Assembly: GCF_018350175.1 (NCBI RefSeq)
Contig: NC_058368.1
Span: forward strand, 152,088,001-152,152,000
Direction of reading: 5' to 3'
Source of the DNA: Felis catus
Taxonomy: Eukaryota
Length of the DNA: 64,000 bases
The notes under the pieces were generated by a model. It did not search any database and was not told the DNA's origin. It saw nothing but the letters and a program-made list of their open reading frames with translations. Made by a program: the position numbers and the translations under genes. Positions 27,917 to 40,639 of this stretch are shown here, one piece after another; the stretch's first letter is position 1, and every line of letters starts with the position of its first letter.

Positions 27917-28451
27917 AAATTTGATATTTTTGTTATGGCACTTAATTGAAACTGATTTTTGTTATGCCTTTGCATTACTTGAGTCACTACTAATTTTTAA
28001 TTTATTGAGGGCCAAGGCTAATGTAAAATAAAAATTAAATAGATGGAATGAGTTAGTGTATGGAAATAACATAATCAGTCTACTGTACTAAAGAATCTTT
28101 CTGCTTCAACTCTCTCCATTTCTTTTTTCCTCACCTTTACCATAGGTATTTGAAAATTCTCCTTCTCTTAGAAACAGCATAACGAGTTTGGAGGCCAACT
28201 ACAACATAACATAAGACACCATCTTAAGCAAGTTTCACTTGTTCTAACTATTTGGACCATGAATATCATTGCTCTAGTACTTCCCAATATTGATTGCTCA
28301 GTTCCTCTGACATTAAAACAGTACACTGCATCAACTCAATTCAACCCAATCAGAAGCTCGACAGAAAATGTATCTTCATGAATATTTTATTAAATTGATC
28401 TAAGCAAAATTCCAGAGAGATTTAAATTCCCATCTTGGTTTCTGCACATAC

Positions 28452-28799
28452 GCCAACTTTTGTAAACATAGCTACATATCATCCATGTCAACAGACATAT
28501 AAGATGAACTCCCAAGGTGGACTATTCACTCTGTGGATTTCTCAAGACAAATTCACACCTGCCTTTGCCCAGTATCGAGGCAGATTATAGAACACTGATT
28601 TAAAAAAAAAAAATTTATCAGTCTAAGCTTGAGTGTGGAAATATCCATGATCCTCTGTTTAAGTATGCCTTGATCTACCTTCTAAAAATTTCCTACGAAG
28701 GGAACTCTTCCATTTCGTCCATGAATGTGGCTGTTGGATTCCATGGTTTGGGATATTCTGGACTTCCTCTCTTTTTCAGTGATACATCTCCCAAATCAT
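28452..28799 (-). pseudogene. Relic exon, domain I (helix 1-6)
   Basis: Acceptor AG lost; ends TTGGC|gtatgt. Mosaic PKPWNPTATFMDEMEEF / RKFLE..TDKFFFFKSVFYNLPRYWAKAGVNLS*EIHR / HLGSSSYMSVDMDDM*LCLQKL. Confidence 0.6.
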
Positions 28800-30471
28800 T
28801 TTTAAAAATCAGTTGAAAAAAGGGGATATATAACATGCACATCTGTACTCCAATAATGATAGTGAATGCTTAATGCACATATCTGAACACTTACTTCAAA
28901 GAAAGCCCAATGAAAGAAAGAGAATAAAAAGTGGCTCCATTATGCCCATATCCCTTTCTGGGTAACCAACTGTTCTGTTTGCCCTGGACAGAGGGAGGTT
29001 CCCAGAACAAGGGGCTTTCAGCGCTAAACCAGAAAAGCCTCTCCAAATTAGGACTAGTTCTTTACCCTACCCTTCACAGATATTAATACGATAGCCTCAG
29101 TTCTTTGCCAATTCCAAAATAGGGAACTTATTCCAGAACTCATTTTGCTTTTTCATTTCTATAAATTATGGAAGCCAGGTATGATCTGTTCATAAGAATT
29201 CCAGACATTCATACTCAATCTCAGCAGGTCTAAATCCCCTTTCCCAAAATGTTTTGAGTTTCTGGGTCTCAAGCCATAAGACAGTCACGGAGGTTGTCTT
29301 AAGGAATCAACTGCTCTCTGGTGGTTCAAGTGCATTAGCTAAAAGAGATCCTTTGCTTCCCCATCTTGTATTCTACGTCCCAACTCAATCACAAAATGAG
29401 AAAAAATTATCATGAGGCAGGAGACTTTTCAAACCTCAGATAAATTCTCTTTGCTGAACTATTCCATTTATACATCTTGGCAGTAGTTAGCCGTGAAAAA
29501 CCTAAAGAGACAACAAAAGAAAAATGTATTTTTTTTCAGGAACTTCTGAAGTGTTGAAAAGTGTTTCTATTTAAAAGCGCCTGACAATGATTGGCAGGAC
29601 CTGAAAAAAACCTCACAAGATGAGGCCCACCCTCTGAGAATTATTGTCAGAATAGTAATTGGTGAACACCTAATCCGTTCTAACCACAATTGAGGGATTG
29701 CGATCTAATTGCTACTTGGTGGTCCTTCTCAAATGCCACAAGAAGAAAGTGAATAAAGCCCAGATCAATACTGAACACCCTAGAAGGGCTACCCAACCTC
29801 AAAGAAGGGGAGAAGTTCTAATACTCTGAACTAAACTGACACAATAAAAACAGGAGAAAACTTGTATTGATTGATTGAGTGATTACTAACAGGTCCATTA
29901 GGCCAGTGTCTTCTCAGGAATCTGACATTTAAAATAAAAAAAATAGGACAGGCCTAATTTTAAGTTTTGCAATTAGGGAATTTACTTTAAATGTGAAGGA
30001 GAATGGGAGGTGTATATATCAACCCAATTTAGTGTAGACAGAAAAATAGAAATGGAAATTACAGAGTCAATTCAGAATAGACATAATGAAGCCCATTTAC
30101 ATTTGATGTAAAAGATGTTTAGAATATTAATGAACCAAAGGCAAAATCTGAGGCTAGTGACAGTAGGAGTTTTTAATATAAACTTTTGAACTTTCTTTGT
30201 TTTCCACAAGCATCTACTAAATTTTAAATGTAAAGTAACAATGAAAGAGTTAAAGCAAAATTTTACCAATAAAGTAATTGAACGTAAGGCCCTAAACCAA
30301 TCTGGCTATGATGTAATCAATGGTAGCTCTGATTCCCCTAGTGAATTGCCCAGGTTAATTCTAAGTTCAGAAAGTTGATGGTGACCATCACGAGTGTAAA
30401 GAAAGGGAAGCAGAAAATGGGCCTTTGAAATTTATCATCAAACATGGAATACAAATGCATGAATCATTTAC

Positions 30472-30591
30472 CTTTATCCATCTTTATGTAGTAATCAAGA
30501 AACATGCCTTCGAACTCATTTAGTCTGTCAACCAGGCAATAGTACATGTAATCCAAATTTTAAAAGAAATTACTTGGAAAAGAAGGAGTCT
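30472..30591 (-). pseudogene. Relic exon, domain H (helix 7-8)
   Basis: ctattcctcttcttag|AGAC...TAAAG|gtaaat; 120 nt with one stop: TPSFPSNFF*NLDYMYYCLVDRLNEFEGMFLDYYIKMDK. Confidence 0.65.
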
Positions 30592-30998
30592 CTAAGAAGA
30601 GGAATAGCAGACATATGCTCAAACTGTGAGATTTCAAATGATATGTCATAAGATATAATATCTAATCACACATATAGAAAGAAACCATTTCTTTGTGGAA
30701 AAGAAAAAAACAAAGATATTTAAGCATCAGATTGGTGCCAAGAGATGCTACAAATGTTTTACAAAGTCAGGTAAAGAAATTAAGTGAAACTCAACTTCAA
30801 GTCTGATTTTCTATTCAAACAAGAATCTACCAGGAAAGACTGATGTCTGTTAGATCTCTTGTTAACTTTGTTAACAAGGGGTCACAAGTCCTTCGTAATT
30901 ACCTGCTTTTAAAAAATATTCAAGAACAGATTGAGATTGAGAATCTTGGACCCAATGTCTAAGTGAGAACAATAAAAACAGTCTTTAGCTGACATTAC

Positions 30999-31221
30999 AT
31001 AACTTCTTTCTTCATTATCGCACAGCAGATGATACTTGTTTCTCTGTTTCATGTTTTGCTTTCTAACCAGAGCCACAGGCCAGATTCTCCTCCTCTGTAA
31101 CTCTGCAGGGATTCTTGGGTTTGTACCTTTTGTGTAAATCTGCTTGGCATTCTAAATATGGCTCATTCCCCTGGTTTCAATATATTTCTTGATTTTTTAC
31201 CTGCAGACCTTCATTGAGTTC
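30999..31221 (-). pseudogene. Relic exon, domain H (helix 3-6)
   Basis: ccccttgttctaag|GAACTC...GTTAT|gtaatg. Mosaic IKKYIETRG / NEPYLECQADL / ELQRRRIWPVALVRK..NKYHLLCDNEERSY, compared with RGS22 FRQFLETHSSSMDLMCWTDI (recalled). Confidence 0.6.
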
Positions 31222-31459
31222 CTTAGAACAAGGGGTAGTTTTTCTACCCCAGAAATCTGGGGATATTATGGGTTTTGAGCTATAATAACCAAGTTTCAAT
31301 TTCATAAATTGGTAATGGGGAGAGAGAAACTTTGAGGAATGAATTTTATCATTTGAAATTCAAATTGCAGTCTATTGCTATAGTAGAGTGACCACTCCCT
31401 AGATTAAGGTAGCATAGTTATACTCTATTAAGATAATATCAAAAATGGCTTAACAAAGA

Positions 31460-31930
31460 TGAGTTAGCAGATTCTAATCTCTGCCATCTGAGATTTCTCA
31501 AAAACAAAGCTGGGTCTCTGTACTGCCCAAATTACAATAAGCCTCTTGTCTAAGAAACATAATTTCTGAAATGAAGTCAAAATCACTTCAAATTTACACA
31601 ATGTTTGTTTCACATAGGTGATTTTTATGCTCCGAGTGTTTTCATAATGTTTGTCTAAGGTGGCCATGCACTCTGGAAGTGCCAGACAACTTTGCCATAG
31701 CCTTCAAGAGACAATCACATACTCTGTGCACATTTGTAATATTTTTGACCACCACTTGTTTCAGCTTCCTTTGATGATTCATGCTAAGGGTAGAGAACCG
31801 GAAGGGATATTTTCCTTCAAGGCCACAAAAATAGCCAAAATTTATTTTCTTTTAGCCATACATTTCAACATGCATAAACTCTCTGGCTGATATTTCTTGC
31901 CATTTGGTCCAACTATACTTCCTGAAGACA
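31460..31930 (-). pseudogene. Relic exon, domain G (helix 5-8) plus linker
   Basis: gttcttttcatacag|TGTC. Mosaic VFRKY / VGPNGKKY...LKENIPSGSLPLA*IIKGS*NKWWSKIL. 3' boundary uncertain. Confidence 0.5.
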
Positions 31931-32179
31931 CTGTATGAAAAGAACTAGTCTAATTTAAGAAGGAATCTGTCCCTGGTAAAACAATACATACAGAAAGGAA
32001 AAAAGAAATCATCCAATTTAGCCAACTTCCTGAAAGCCTTGATCTTAGAATCTGGTTTTAAAATAGAAAACTTAAACAAAAGTTACTATCCAACTCATTT
32101 GCTCTCAGTACATTTAGGATCATTTTATGGAACATACACACAACACATTTAAATTAACTTTAAGGTCAATGAAACTTAC

Positions 32180-32378
32180 ATAATCTAAGTAGATCCTTCA
32201 ACATGCTCCTATTCCACCTTGAGTAAACTCAGGTATATTTCACTCTCATTCATCATCAAAATTTTCTTCATTAATTATTTCTATTCTATTGGCAAGTTTA
32301 TTTTCAGAGACACTTACCATAATCAGAGACTTATTAAGATATGTATGGCCTCCCCACAGTGTGAAAAAGAAAGATATT
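32180..32378 (-). pseudogene. Relic exon(s): end of domain F and start of domain G
   Basis: gttattttcag|AATATC at 32378, with gtaagt donors after 32318 and 32180. Reads FSHCGEAIHILISL, then MKKILMMNESEIYLSLLKVE / MLKDLLRL. Confidence 0.45.
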
Positions 32379-32902
32379 CTGAAAATAACTTAATTCACCA
32401 CATATGTATTCTTTCAATATGAGCAGGGAAACCATATTTGAGTCATAAAGTTCTGCCATTCTCCTCTACTATGGCTTAAATCACCTCTTTTGGAAAGCGT
32501 ATGAATTTTAGGAAAAGACTGAGTGTTTTATGACTTTTTTCATTTAAAAATTCACATGCACACAAAGAAGTAAAGTGCATATTTACAGTCTCACTACTGT
32601 GTTCAGATGGCAGGAACTATTGGGACAAACACTCTCAGCCAGGGAATCTGCTCAACTGAGAATGGTCTCATGATCAGAACTAAGAAGTCACAGCATAAAG
32701 CAAGCTGCAGATTATCATATATTATTAACATTTCTGAGTCTGATTCAATGGGGCTATTATTTTACTGGAAATGGAGATAAAACTCAAGAAGAAAAGTGTA
32801 ACAAAAGTACTTAACAAGGCAAACATCATGTATTTTCACTCTTTTTAATATTATTTGTTAGGTTTTTGTTATATATGGGAAAGCACAGCCTTGATTTCTA
32901 GA

Positions 32903-33095
32903 TTAGTGGTCTGTAAAGTGTAGTCCCTGGACCAGCAATTGCAATATCTCCTGGGAACCTGTTGGAAATGCAAACTCTCAGCCCCCACTCCAAATCTATC
33001 TAATCAAAAACACTGGGGCTGACTGAGCACAGCAAATTGTTTTAACAAGTCCTCCAGGTGATTCTGATGCATACTCTTGTTTAAGAAACAATGTT
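32903..33095. mobile_element. MER5A-like DNA element
   Basis: aaagtgtagtccctggaccagca..cctgggaac.tgtt.gaaatgcaaa..tttaacaag.cctccaggtgattctgatgca. Confidence 0.85.
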
Positions 33096-33770
33096 ACAGA
33101 TAATCATTTTTAGGAGGTAGTGAATTCAAATATAGACGGAGCTCCAAAATATTTTGTATGTGCAATGATAGAAATAAAACAAATTTATACAGTGCTTTGT
33201 AAATTACAAAGCACTTTCAAATGCATTAATCTCATTTGATCTCTCAATATTATTGTGAGATGGCCTGAGCAAACACTTGCATTTTTATTTTACACAGCTA
33301 AGTGGAGTTTGAGAGAGGTTAAATAAATTCCTCAGTCCCACAAAGCTTGTTAATAGGAGAATTAGATTTAGAACCCAGGTCTTCAGGCAGTAAAACATGT
33401 AGGCTGCTACTAAGTAAAAAAAGTATTGATCAGAATTAGTACAGATTCTTTGTTTTACAACCTCTACTGGCATCCAAACAATGTTGTAAACTCTTTTTTA
33501 ACATTAAATTCTATGAAGAATTTACACCGTACACAGCCATTTTAGATAGATATTCAAGTTAAGCTCTATCTCTAACCAAAATCAAAGTAAATAAATTCTC
33601 AAATTGTTTAACAAAGCCCTAATTAATATGTTTTTAGCAACAAATAGAACAATCATTCACTTCTCTTATTGCAAAAAGACAGCTAAGGATCCCAGATTGT
33701 TTCAGAGAATTCTATTTTCATAAATGCATAACGAAGAAAAAAGCTTACATTTGTGGGAATTCAGCTAATC

Positions 33771-34011
33771 CTTTTTGAATGTCAGTTCTCCAATTTTTGG
33801 TATAGAAAGAAATATTCTACCTGAAATTTGTCTTCTGTCTGGAAGACAGACTCTAGATATTCTTCACATAGTGCTTTCCTACAGTGAGAGGGAAGACATA
33901 ACCTGGACTCGCTTCTTACCGTTAGTTGAGTGCATCTTTTCCAAAACTTTAATAATCATATCACGTATTCTACAATGGTTTCTATCATGACCCAATCTCT
34001 TTTTGTGGACT
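33771..34011 (-). pseudogene. Relic exon, domain F (helix 4-6)
   Basis: ctcttttaaaattaacaag|AGTCC. One frame gives *LLKFWKRCTQLTVRSESRLCLPSHCRKALCEEYLESVFQ, a clear RGS helix 4/5 pattern. Confidence 0.65.
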
Positions 34012-34081
34012 CTTGTTAATTTTAAAAGAGCAATTTAAGGATGCTAACCAAAGTTGACATGTCTTCCATTCAGATTGTCAC

Positions 34082-34157
34082 CACTCAAGACAGAGGTATA
34101 AATGGTGTTTGATCAGTAAAACTAATATATCACAGAATCTTTGAGAATGTCTGATAT
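34082..34157 (-). pseudogene. Relic exon, domain F (helix 2-3)
   Basis: gctttagtcttttatag|ATATCAGAC...GAGTG|gtgaca; reads ISDILKDSVIY*F. Short introns on both sides. Confidence 0.5.
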
Positions 34158-34237
34158 CTATAAAAGACTAAAGCACAATGCTGGAGAAAACATGTTTCAG
34201 ACTGCTGCAGATGTTCTCAAATCCAAAGCATCTCTAC

Positions 34238-34333
34238 CAAAAAAATATGTGCAAGATGTTTCTTTGAATGACACAGAAGGACAATTTAAAACTCTAGCCC
34301 AGGATTGCTCCAACTGGGATGTGAGAATGTATT
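34238..34333 (-). pseudogene. Relic exon (helix 7-8-like)
   Basis: ccttctgattcttcag|AATAC...TTTG|gtagag; open frame EYILTSQLEQSWARVLNCPSVSFKET. Confidence 0.5.
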
Positions 34334-34830
34334 CTGAAGAATCAGAAGGTCCATCAGAATCATTTTTATATAGTATTATCATTGTGATGGTTAACTAAAA
34401 AAACAAAAACAAAAACAAAAAAACCTAACCAGCTATCAAGAACTTCCTTGTGATGATCATTCACAATCAACTAAATAAACTGTTTTCAAACACTAAACAT
34501 GTATTTCTTAAGTAATTCTTTCTTAAACTAGTGTTCAAGGATGTACATCCAAATGAATTATGAGAATGTCTTTGCCTTTTAAAAAGGATCAGTTTATCAT
34601 TCACATTTGAGAAATAATAATTGTAGCAATGTATCTACTGCATTAAGTGTGATCAATCTGAAAAAAAGAAATGAATTTTACACTAGAAAGTTTAAATAAA
34701 TATGAAATGTTAGAAAGCAAATAGAACATAGTAACAATGGCAGAGTATAGCTATGCATTCATGAAGTATCAGTTGAATCAATTAGACAAACCTCCAGTGA
34801 TACACCAGTGGGACAAGATAGGAACATTTC

Positions 34831-35257
34831 AAGGGGCTCAGTCAGTTAAGCGCCGGACTTCAGCTCAGGTCATGATCTCCCAGTTGGTGGGTTCGAGCCC
34901 TACGTCGGGCTCTGTGCTGACAGCTAAGAGCCTGTAGCCTGCTTTGGATTCTGTGTGTGTGTCTCTCTCTGTCCCTCCCACACTCACACTCTGTGTCTCT
35001 CTCTTCTTCAAAATAAATAAACATTAGGGGCGCCTGGGTGGCGCAGTCGGTTAAGCGTCCGACTTCAGCCGGGTCACGATCTCGCGGTCGGTGAGTTCGA
35101 GCCCCGCGTCGGGCTCTGGGCTGATGGCTCAGAGCCTGGAGCCTGTTTCTGATTCTGTGTCTCCCTCTCTCTCTGCCCCTCCCCCGTTCATGATCTGTCT
35201 CTCTCTGTCCCAAAAATAAATAAAATAAAATAAACATTAAAAAAAAATTTTTTTTTA
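34831..35257 (+). mobile_element. Two nested CAN-SINEs (young SINEC_Fc at 35027 inside the tail of an older copy)
   Basis: Outer TSD aaga(t/c)aggaacatt; inner duplication ataaacatta. Confidence 0.92.
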
Positions 35258-35761
35258 AAGACAGGAACATTCCACCCCAGCATGGAAGAGTATTTTATCA
35301 CTAAAAATGTTTAAATTTGTTGATGCATGATTATAAATTATAAATGAGACTGATTTTATTTGGTTTTATTATTGTTTTAAAATTATTCACAAACATATCT
35401 CTTCTTATTACTTGTGCCTGGTCTGGGTGCTCTCATTGCCCATGGTACATCACTGCTGACTTCACAACACATGGAATGCAAAGACTCAAACCAGCTATTC
35501 AGGAGGCAAAGACCCTCAGTGGTAAAGTAAGACCACTATCTGAAGATAATCTTCAATAAAATCCCAGTATGTGAATGTTTAAAAAACCTATGGGTAAAGA
35601 ATATGGCAGGGAGTGAGTTGGGGGGGGGGGGGAGGCAATATATTAAAGGAGAGTGGGGAAATGTACAGGAAATTCTGTGTTCTCAATAATTGTCTCCAAA
35701 ATATTAGAACTTCTTTATTCTGCCCTGTTTTCAATGATTTAATTTAAAACTGAAAACTCTT

Positions 35762-36458
35762 GGGGCGCCTGGGTGGCGCAGTCGGTTGGGCGTCCGACTT
35801 CAGCCAGGTCACGATCTCGTGGTCCATGAGTTCGGGCCCCGCGTCGGGCTCTGGGCGGATGGCTCAGAGCCTGGAGCCTGTTTCAGATTCTGTGTCTCCC
35901 TCTCTCTCTGCCCCTCCCCCGTTCATGCTCTGTCTCTCACTGTCCCAAAGATAAATAAACGTTGAAAAAAAAAAATTAAAAAAAAAAAAAACTGAAAACT
36001 CTTGGGGCGCCTGGGTGGCTTGGTCGGTTGAGCGTCTGACTTCGGCTCAGGTCATGATCTCACGGTCTGTGAGTTCGAGCCCCGCGTCGGGCTTTGTGCT
36101 AACAGCTCAGAGCCTGGAGCCTGTTTCGGATTCTGTGTCTCCCTCTCTCTGACCCTCCCCAGTTCATGCTCTGTCTCTCTCTGTCTCAAAAATAAATAAA
36201 CGTTAGAGGCGCCTGGGTGGCGCAGTCGGTTAAGCATCTGACTTCAGCCAGGTCACGATCTCGCGGTCCGTGAGTTCGAGCCCCGCGTCAGGCTCTGGGC
36301 TGACGGCTCGGAGCCTGGAGCCTGTTTCCGATTCTGTGTCTCCCTCTCTCTCTGCCCCTCCCCCGTTCATGCTCTGTTTCTCTCTGCCCCAAAAATAAAT
36401 AAAAACGTTGAAAAAAAATTTAATAAAAAAAATAAATAAACGTTAAAAAAAAAATTTA
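35762..36458 (+). mobile_element. Cluster of three CAN-SINEs starting at 35762, 36004 and 36206
   Basis: Three ggcgcctgggtggc heads; the target aaaactgaaaa(c/t)tctt occurs three times. Confidence 0.95.
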
Positions 36459-36529
36459 AAACTGAAAATTCTTGTCAGAATTTAAGTAGAAAAGCTGACC
36501 TTCTCTGACATATCAAAATATGGATAACC

Positions 36530-36949
36530 AGCCAGTTTTCTTATTGTTTGAGAAGAGAGCTACAACTGTGGAAAGGAAGGAACTCTCATGTTGATTTCAA
36601 ACTGGAGCTATCAATATAAATAGATATAGATAGATAGATAATGAAATAGATATAACTGTGTCTATATATGCATGTATGTGTGTGGTGTGCTGTGTCTTCT
36701 GGGAAAACAACAACAACAACAACAACAACAACCTAGAGGCAACAACACTCCAATAGCAATGACCACACCTAGTACCCATACTTTGATTTTTAAACATCAT
36801 TGTAAATTAAAAGGAAACTGAGTTTCTTGGCTGATTAGATGATGCCAGGGTTGGGACTGGGAAAATACAGAATGTTCTTGGAATATCTTTGAGTCCAGAA
36901 AGAAAGAAATTGTGTGTTGCCTCCAAATAAGGACATGTCAAAATACACA

Positions 36950-36993
<44 letters not shown>

Positions 36994-37770
36994 GATGGTC
37001 TCCAACTGGCCAAACTGAGACAAATTGTGCATCAAAATAATGATAGTAACAGCATATAACTCATTGAATTAAATGAAATATAAGGATCCATGAGGTCATC
37101 CTAATTATTAAGTAAATAATTGAAAGGGGGAAATGAAATCTCTTCCTTATATAAAAATACCAGCTAATGAATACAGAAAAAAGTTACCAAATTAGAAATT
37201 TACTATGGAAATAATCATTGTGATACTATTTGTTTCAGGCACAAATCATCGATGGATACTAAACTAAAGGGTGAATATTTGATGAGACAGGATATTTACA
37301 AAGTCTCAAAGTATCTCTCCACAAGATACTTATTAATTATGAAGGGGGAAACAGTAACTTTATGGGAGAAACCTGGCAGACACCACCTTAACCAAATGAT
37401 CAAAGTTAATTCACCAGTAATGGCAGTAAAAGCGCCTCCTGAGAAGGACACAACATCACTTCTGTGGTATTCCTGCTAAAAATGCATAACCTGAATCTAA
37501 TAATGAAGAAATATCAGACAAACCAAAATTGAGAGACAAACTACTATATAACTAGTCTGGAGTCCTCAAAAACATCAAGGTCATGAAAGGCAAAGGAAGA
37601 CTGGAAAATGTTCCAGAAGAAGGGAGATCAAACAGATACGGCAACCAAATACAATATGAGATCCTAGACCAGAAAAAAAAAGATAATTTGTTATGAGCAT
37701 TACTAGAAAAACAGGCAATATTTGAATAAGTTCTTTACTATTATTTATTATATATTTGTACTATAATAAT
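36530..37770 (+). mobile_element. Old L1 3' end (L1MC-like) with (AAC)n and (CA)n
   Basis: ggagaaacctggcagacaccaccttaaccaa..gcataacctgaatctaat.atga.gaaa.atcagacaaacc.aaattgag. Confidence 0.75.
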
Positions 37771-37781
37771 ATTGGATTGCA

Positions 37782-38293
37782 TGTAGGTGAGGAAAAAGTT
37801 TTCCTCCATCCTCTTAGGGTTGCTGGCTAGGTCTGAAAATTAAATTTAAAAAGATTAACAGGAGAAAAGCACATAGATTTTAATGTATCTTTACATGTAC
37901 ATGAGAGCCTTCACAAGGGAATGAGATCCAAAGAAGTGACCAGAGCAGGAAGCTTTCATACAATTTAGGTAAAGAAACCATAAATTTATGGAGAATTGAC
38001 AAAACAATGGGCTTTGGGCTAGGGGTAGTGCTGGTGAAGAAGTTTTAGGAAAACAATGGCTAGTTTAACAAGATTTGTTAATTTCTTGTCTCTGGTGATA
38101 AGAATGTCTTCCCTCCTCCTGGTACTGGAAGGATGCCTTCACAGGGGTGATTTATCCCCTTTCAGGGAAGAAGGCTGAGGATGGAGAGGTCAGTTATCCT
38201 CCTGCTTCTGCCATTTTCTCAAACTCCTTCAGCTTAAAGTATTAAATATGCCAAGGTGTCTTTTTTTTGTGGTAGTATATCCTGAACCCTATT
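37782..38293 (-). mobile_element. ERV1 solo LTR (MER34/MER39-like)
   Basis: Reverse complement has gggttcagga.ata.tacc..gacaccttggcatattt..tttaagctgaagg near its start and ends ttcctcacctaca. Confidence 0.75.
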
Positions 38294-40448
38294 AGTAACA
38301 ATGCCAGTTCCCTCATACATAACTATACTCTTGTTGTATAAGAGAATATTCTTGGTCTTTTCTATTCAGTTTTTTGTTTTGTTTTGTTTTTTAGAAATAC
38401 AAACAGAAGCATTTAGATGTAAAGAGATAGCATACTTGCACATACTCTCAAAAACAGTTTAAGAAAGGGGATGGGGAGAGGATTACCACTCAGGGAAACT
38501 GGATAAAGGTTAAATACGTGTGCTATTTTTTCAGCATTCCTGCATTCTTAAATTATTTTAACAAGGAAAGTTAAAAAAAAAACCACATTTGGTACAATTT
38601 GGTACAAATGTAGAATATGGCATAGAAAATTCAGCTAGGAGGTTAAAGAATAATCTCAGGAGATAAGGGTGTTATTGTCAGAACAAAGCAAGAACAAAGG
38701 TGCCTCAATGATCTCTATCAAGGAGAATGATCTTTTACTGGGAAATGCAAAATAAGTATTGAATCAGAAAATGAAAAATGCAAAGACATGGTAAGAAAGC
38801 ACCATGCCATTTAAAATGTATGTAAATCTAAGGAACAACATCTTGCCAAAATGAAATGCATCTCTAAAGTTCTCTGGGAAAAGCAACTTATTTAACAATT
38901 GCAGATGTGAAAGTCAATCTATCCTTGGGGATTTCAAAGAGACCATAGAGTCAGGGTATCCAGGTGCTACTCAGGAGATAAGCAGATGTTTTATTCATCT
39001 TCAAAAATGTAGGTCTTGGAAGAAAAAGCCAAGTTTGACATTATACAGACAAAATTCTGAAAGAGATTTTTAAATATTTAGGTCATGAGAACTTAAGGGG
39101 AAAAAAAAGATAATCACTGCAAGGATCACTGAGATCAAACCAAATCAAACTAACCTTGTTTTTTTTTCTAAGAAGATCAGTAGACGTACAGGTCAGAATG
39201 CAGGTCTTTGCTACCAAGAAGCCATTGCCAACATTCTACAACAAATCATCGTGAACAAAGTAGAAGGGTATACACTGATCCCACGTTCTAATACGGTTGA
39301 CAGGAGGTGGGTTGAAAATCATTTAGATCATTATTTCAAAGTGTATTCAAACTGGAGAGAATGATCTCGTACTGTAAAGGATGCCATCCTGCTCAGTATG
39401 CACCAGAAAGGCAAATATGCCAAATTTCTTGGGCATGGCTTCAGAAATGAACTACAGAGGCAGAAATATATTCCACAAGTTGGAATTATTGGTTGAAGAT
39501 AACAAGGCTATGGGTCCAATAAATTTTGCCTGATTATAAACTACAGAGAATTTGGAAATTGCTAAAAATATAAAAATAAAATATACTGACCAATATAGAG
39601 ATTGACATTGCTAGTATTTTGATGTTTTTTCTTCTTAATTGTGTGTATATATGTGTATGTGTATTTTTAAGTGGAAACATACTGCGTATTCATTCATTAC
39701 TTGATTTAGCAAATACATACAGCATGCCTGCCAGTGCCTGGCACTATTCTACGCACTGGGGACAGTCAGCTATAAATATATCAGACAAAACTCTTGAACT
39801 TATAAAAGTTGTAGCCAACATACACTTGAATACTTTATTTTCTTCAATTAAAAATACAATGAAGGGATCCTTCATGTCTTTAAATATTTTTTTAAAATTA
39901 TACTAAATAACTGTATAATGTTTCATTAGTGGTATTATGATGCATTTGACCATCTCCCTAGTGTTGGATGCCTAAATAAGTTAAAATATTCTCAAAAATA
40001 ACATTGAACAATTTTGGACACAAATCATTAATCCTATTTCTCATATATTTTCTTATAATATGATTCAGGAAATGTTATTATTGTTAAATTCTTCCTCTAT
40101 CTTTATACCCAAACCAGCAACAAATGAAAGCTTGTCTTTCTTTACCATGACTATTGAATTAAAAGTTGAAAACAACCAACTACCATTTGGCAATTTGATG
40201 GGCTAAAAATATTTATTTTACTGAGGTTTCAATTTAAATTTTTATTATAAGTAAGGGTTGAATTATTGTATATTTTTTAGATATCTTCACTTACTTTTTT
40301 GGGAATTGTCTGTCATGCTTTTCTATTGGTGAGTAAAAATGTCCATTTTGTTCACATTATTTGCAAACACTCTTTATATAGGTAGGGAGAATAATTCTTT
40401 GACAAGGTAAGCTTTAATAAGGAAAAATGTAAAAAGAAAAATTGAGTT

Positions 40449-40454
<6 letters not shown>

Positions 40455-40535
<81 letters not shown>
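40455..40535. repeat. (TC)n(CA)n microsatellite
   Basis: Direct reading. Confidence 0.95.
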
Positions 40536-40536
<1 letters not shown>

Positions 40537-40639
40537 GATGAATTCCTGACTTAACTGTACTTCATTTCATTCTCAAAACCTGAAGTTTTGAGATAGCAGT
40601 AAATAATGACCAACAATGAAATATGCGAAGAAAAAAAGC

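Noticed and set aside
34860..35270. 136 aa ORF, and the similar ORFs at 4304, 6597, 12695, 24738, 27692, 35760, 36052 and 50201
   Set aside because: All lie in CAN-SINE sequence.
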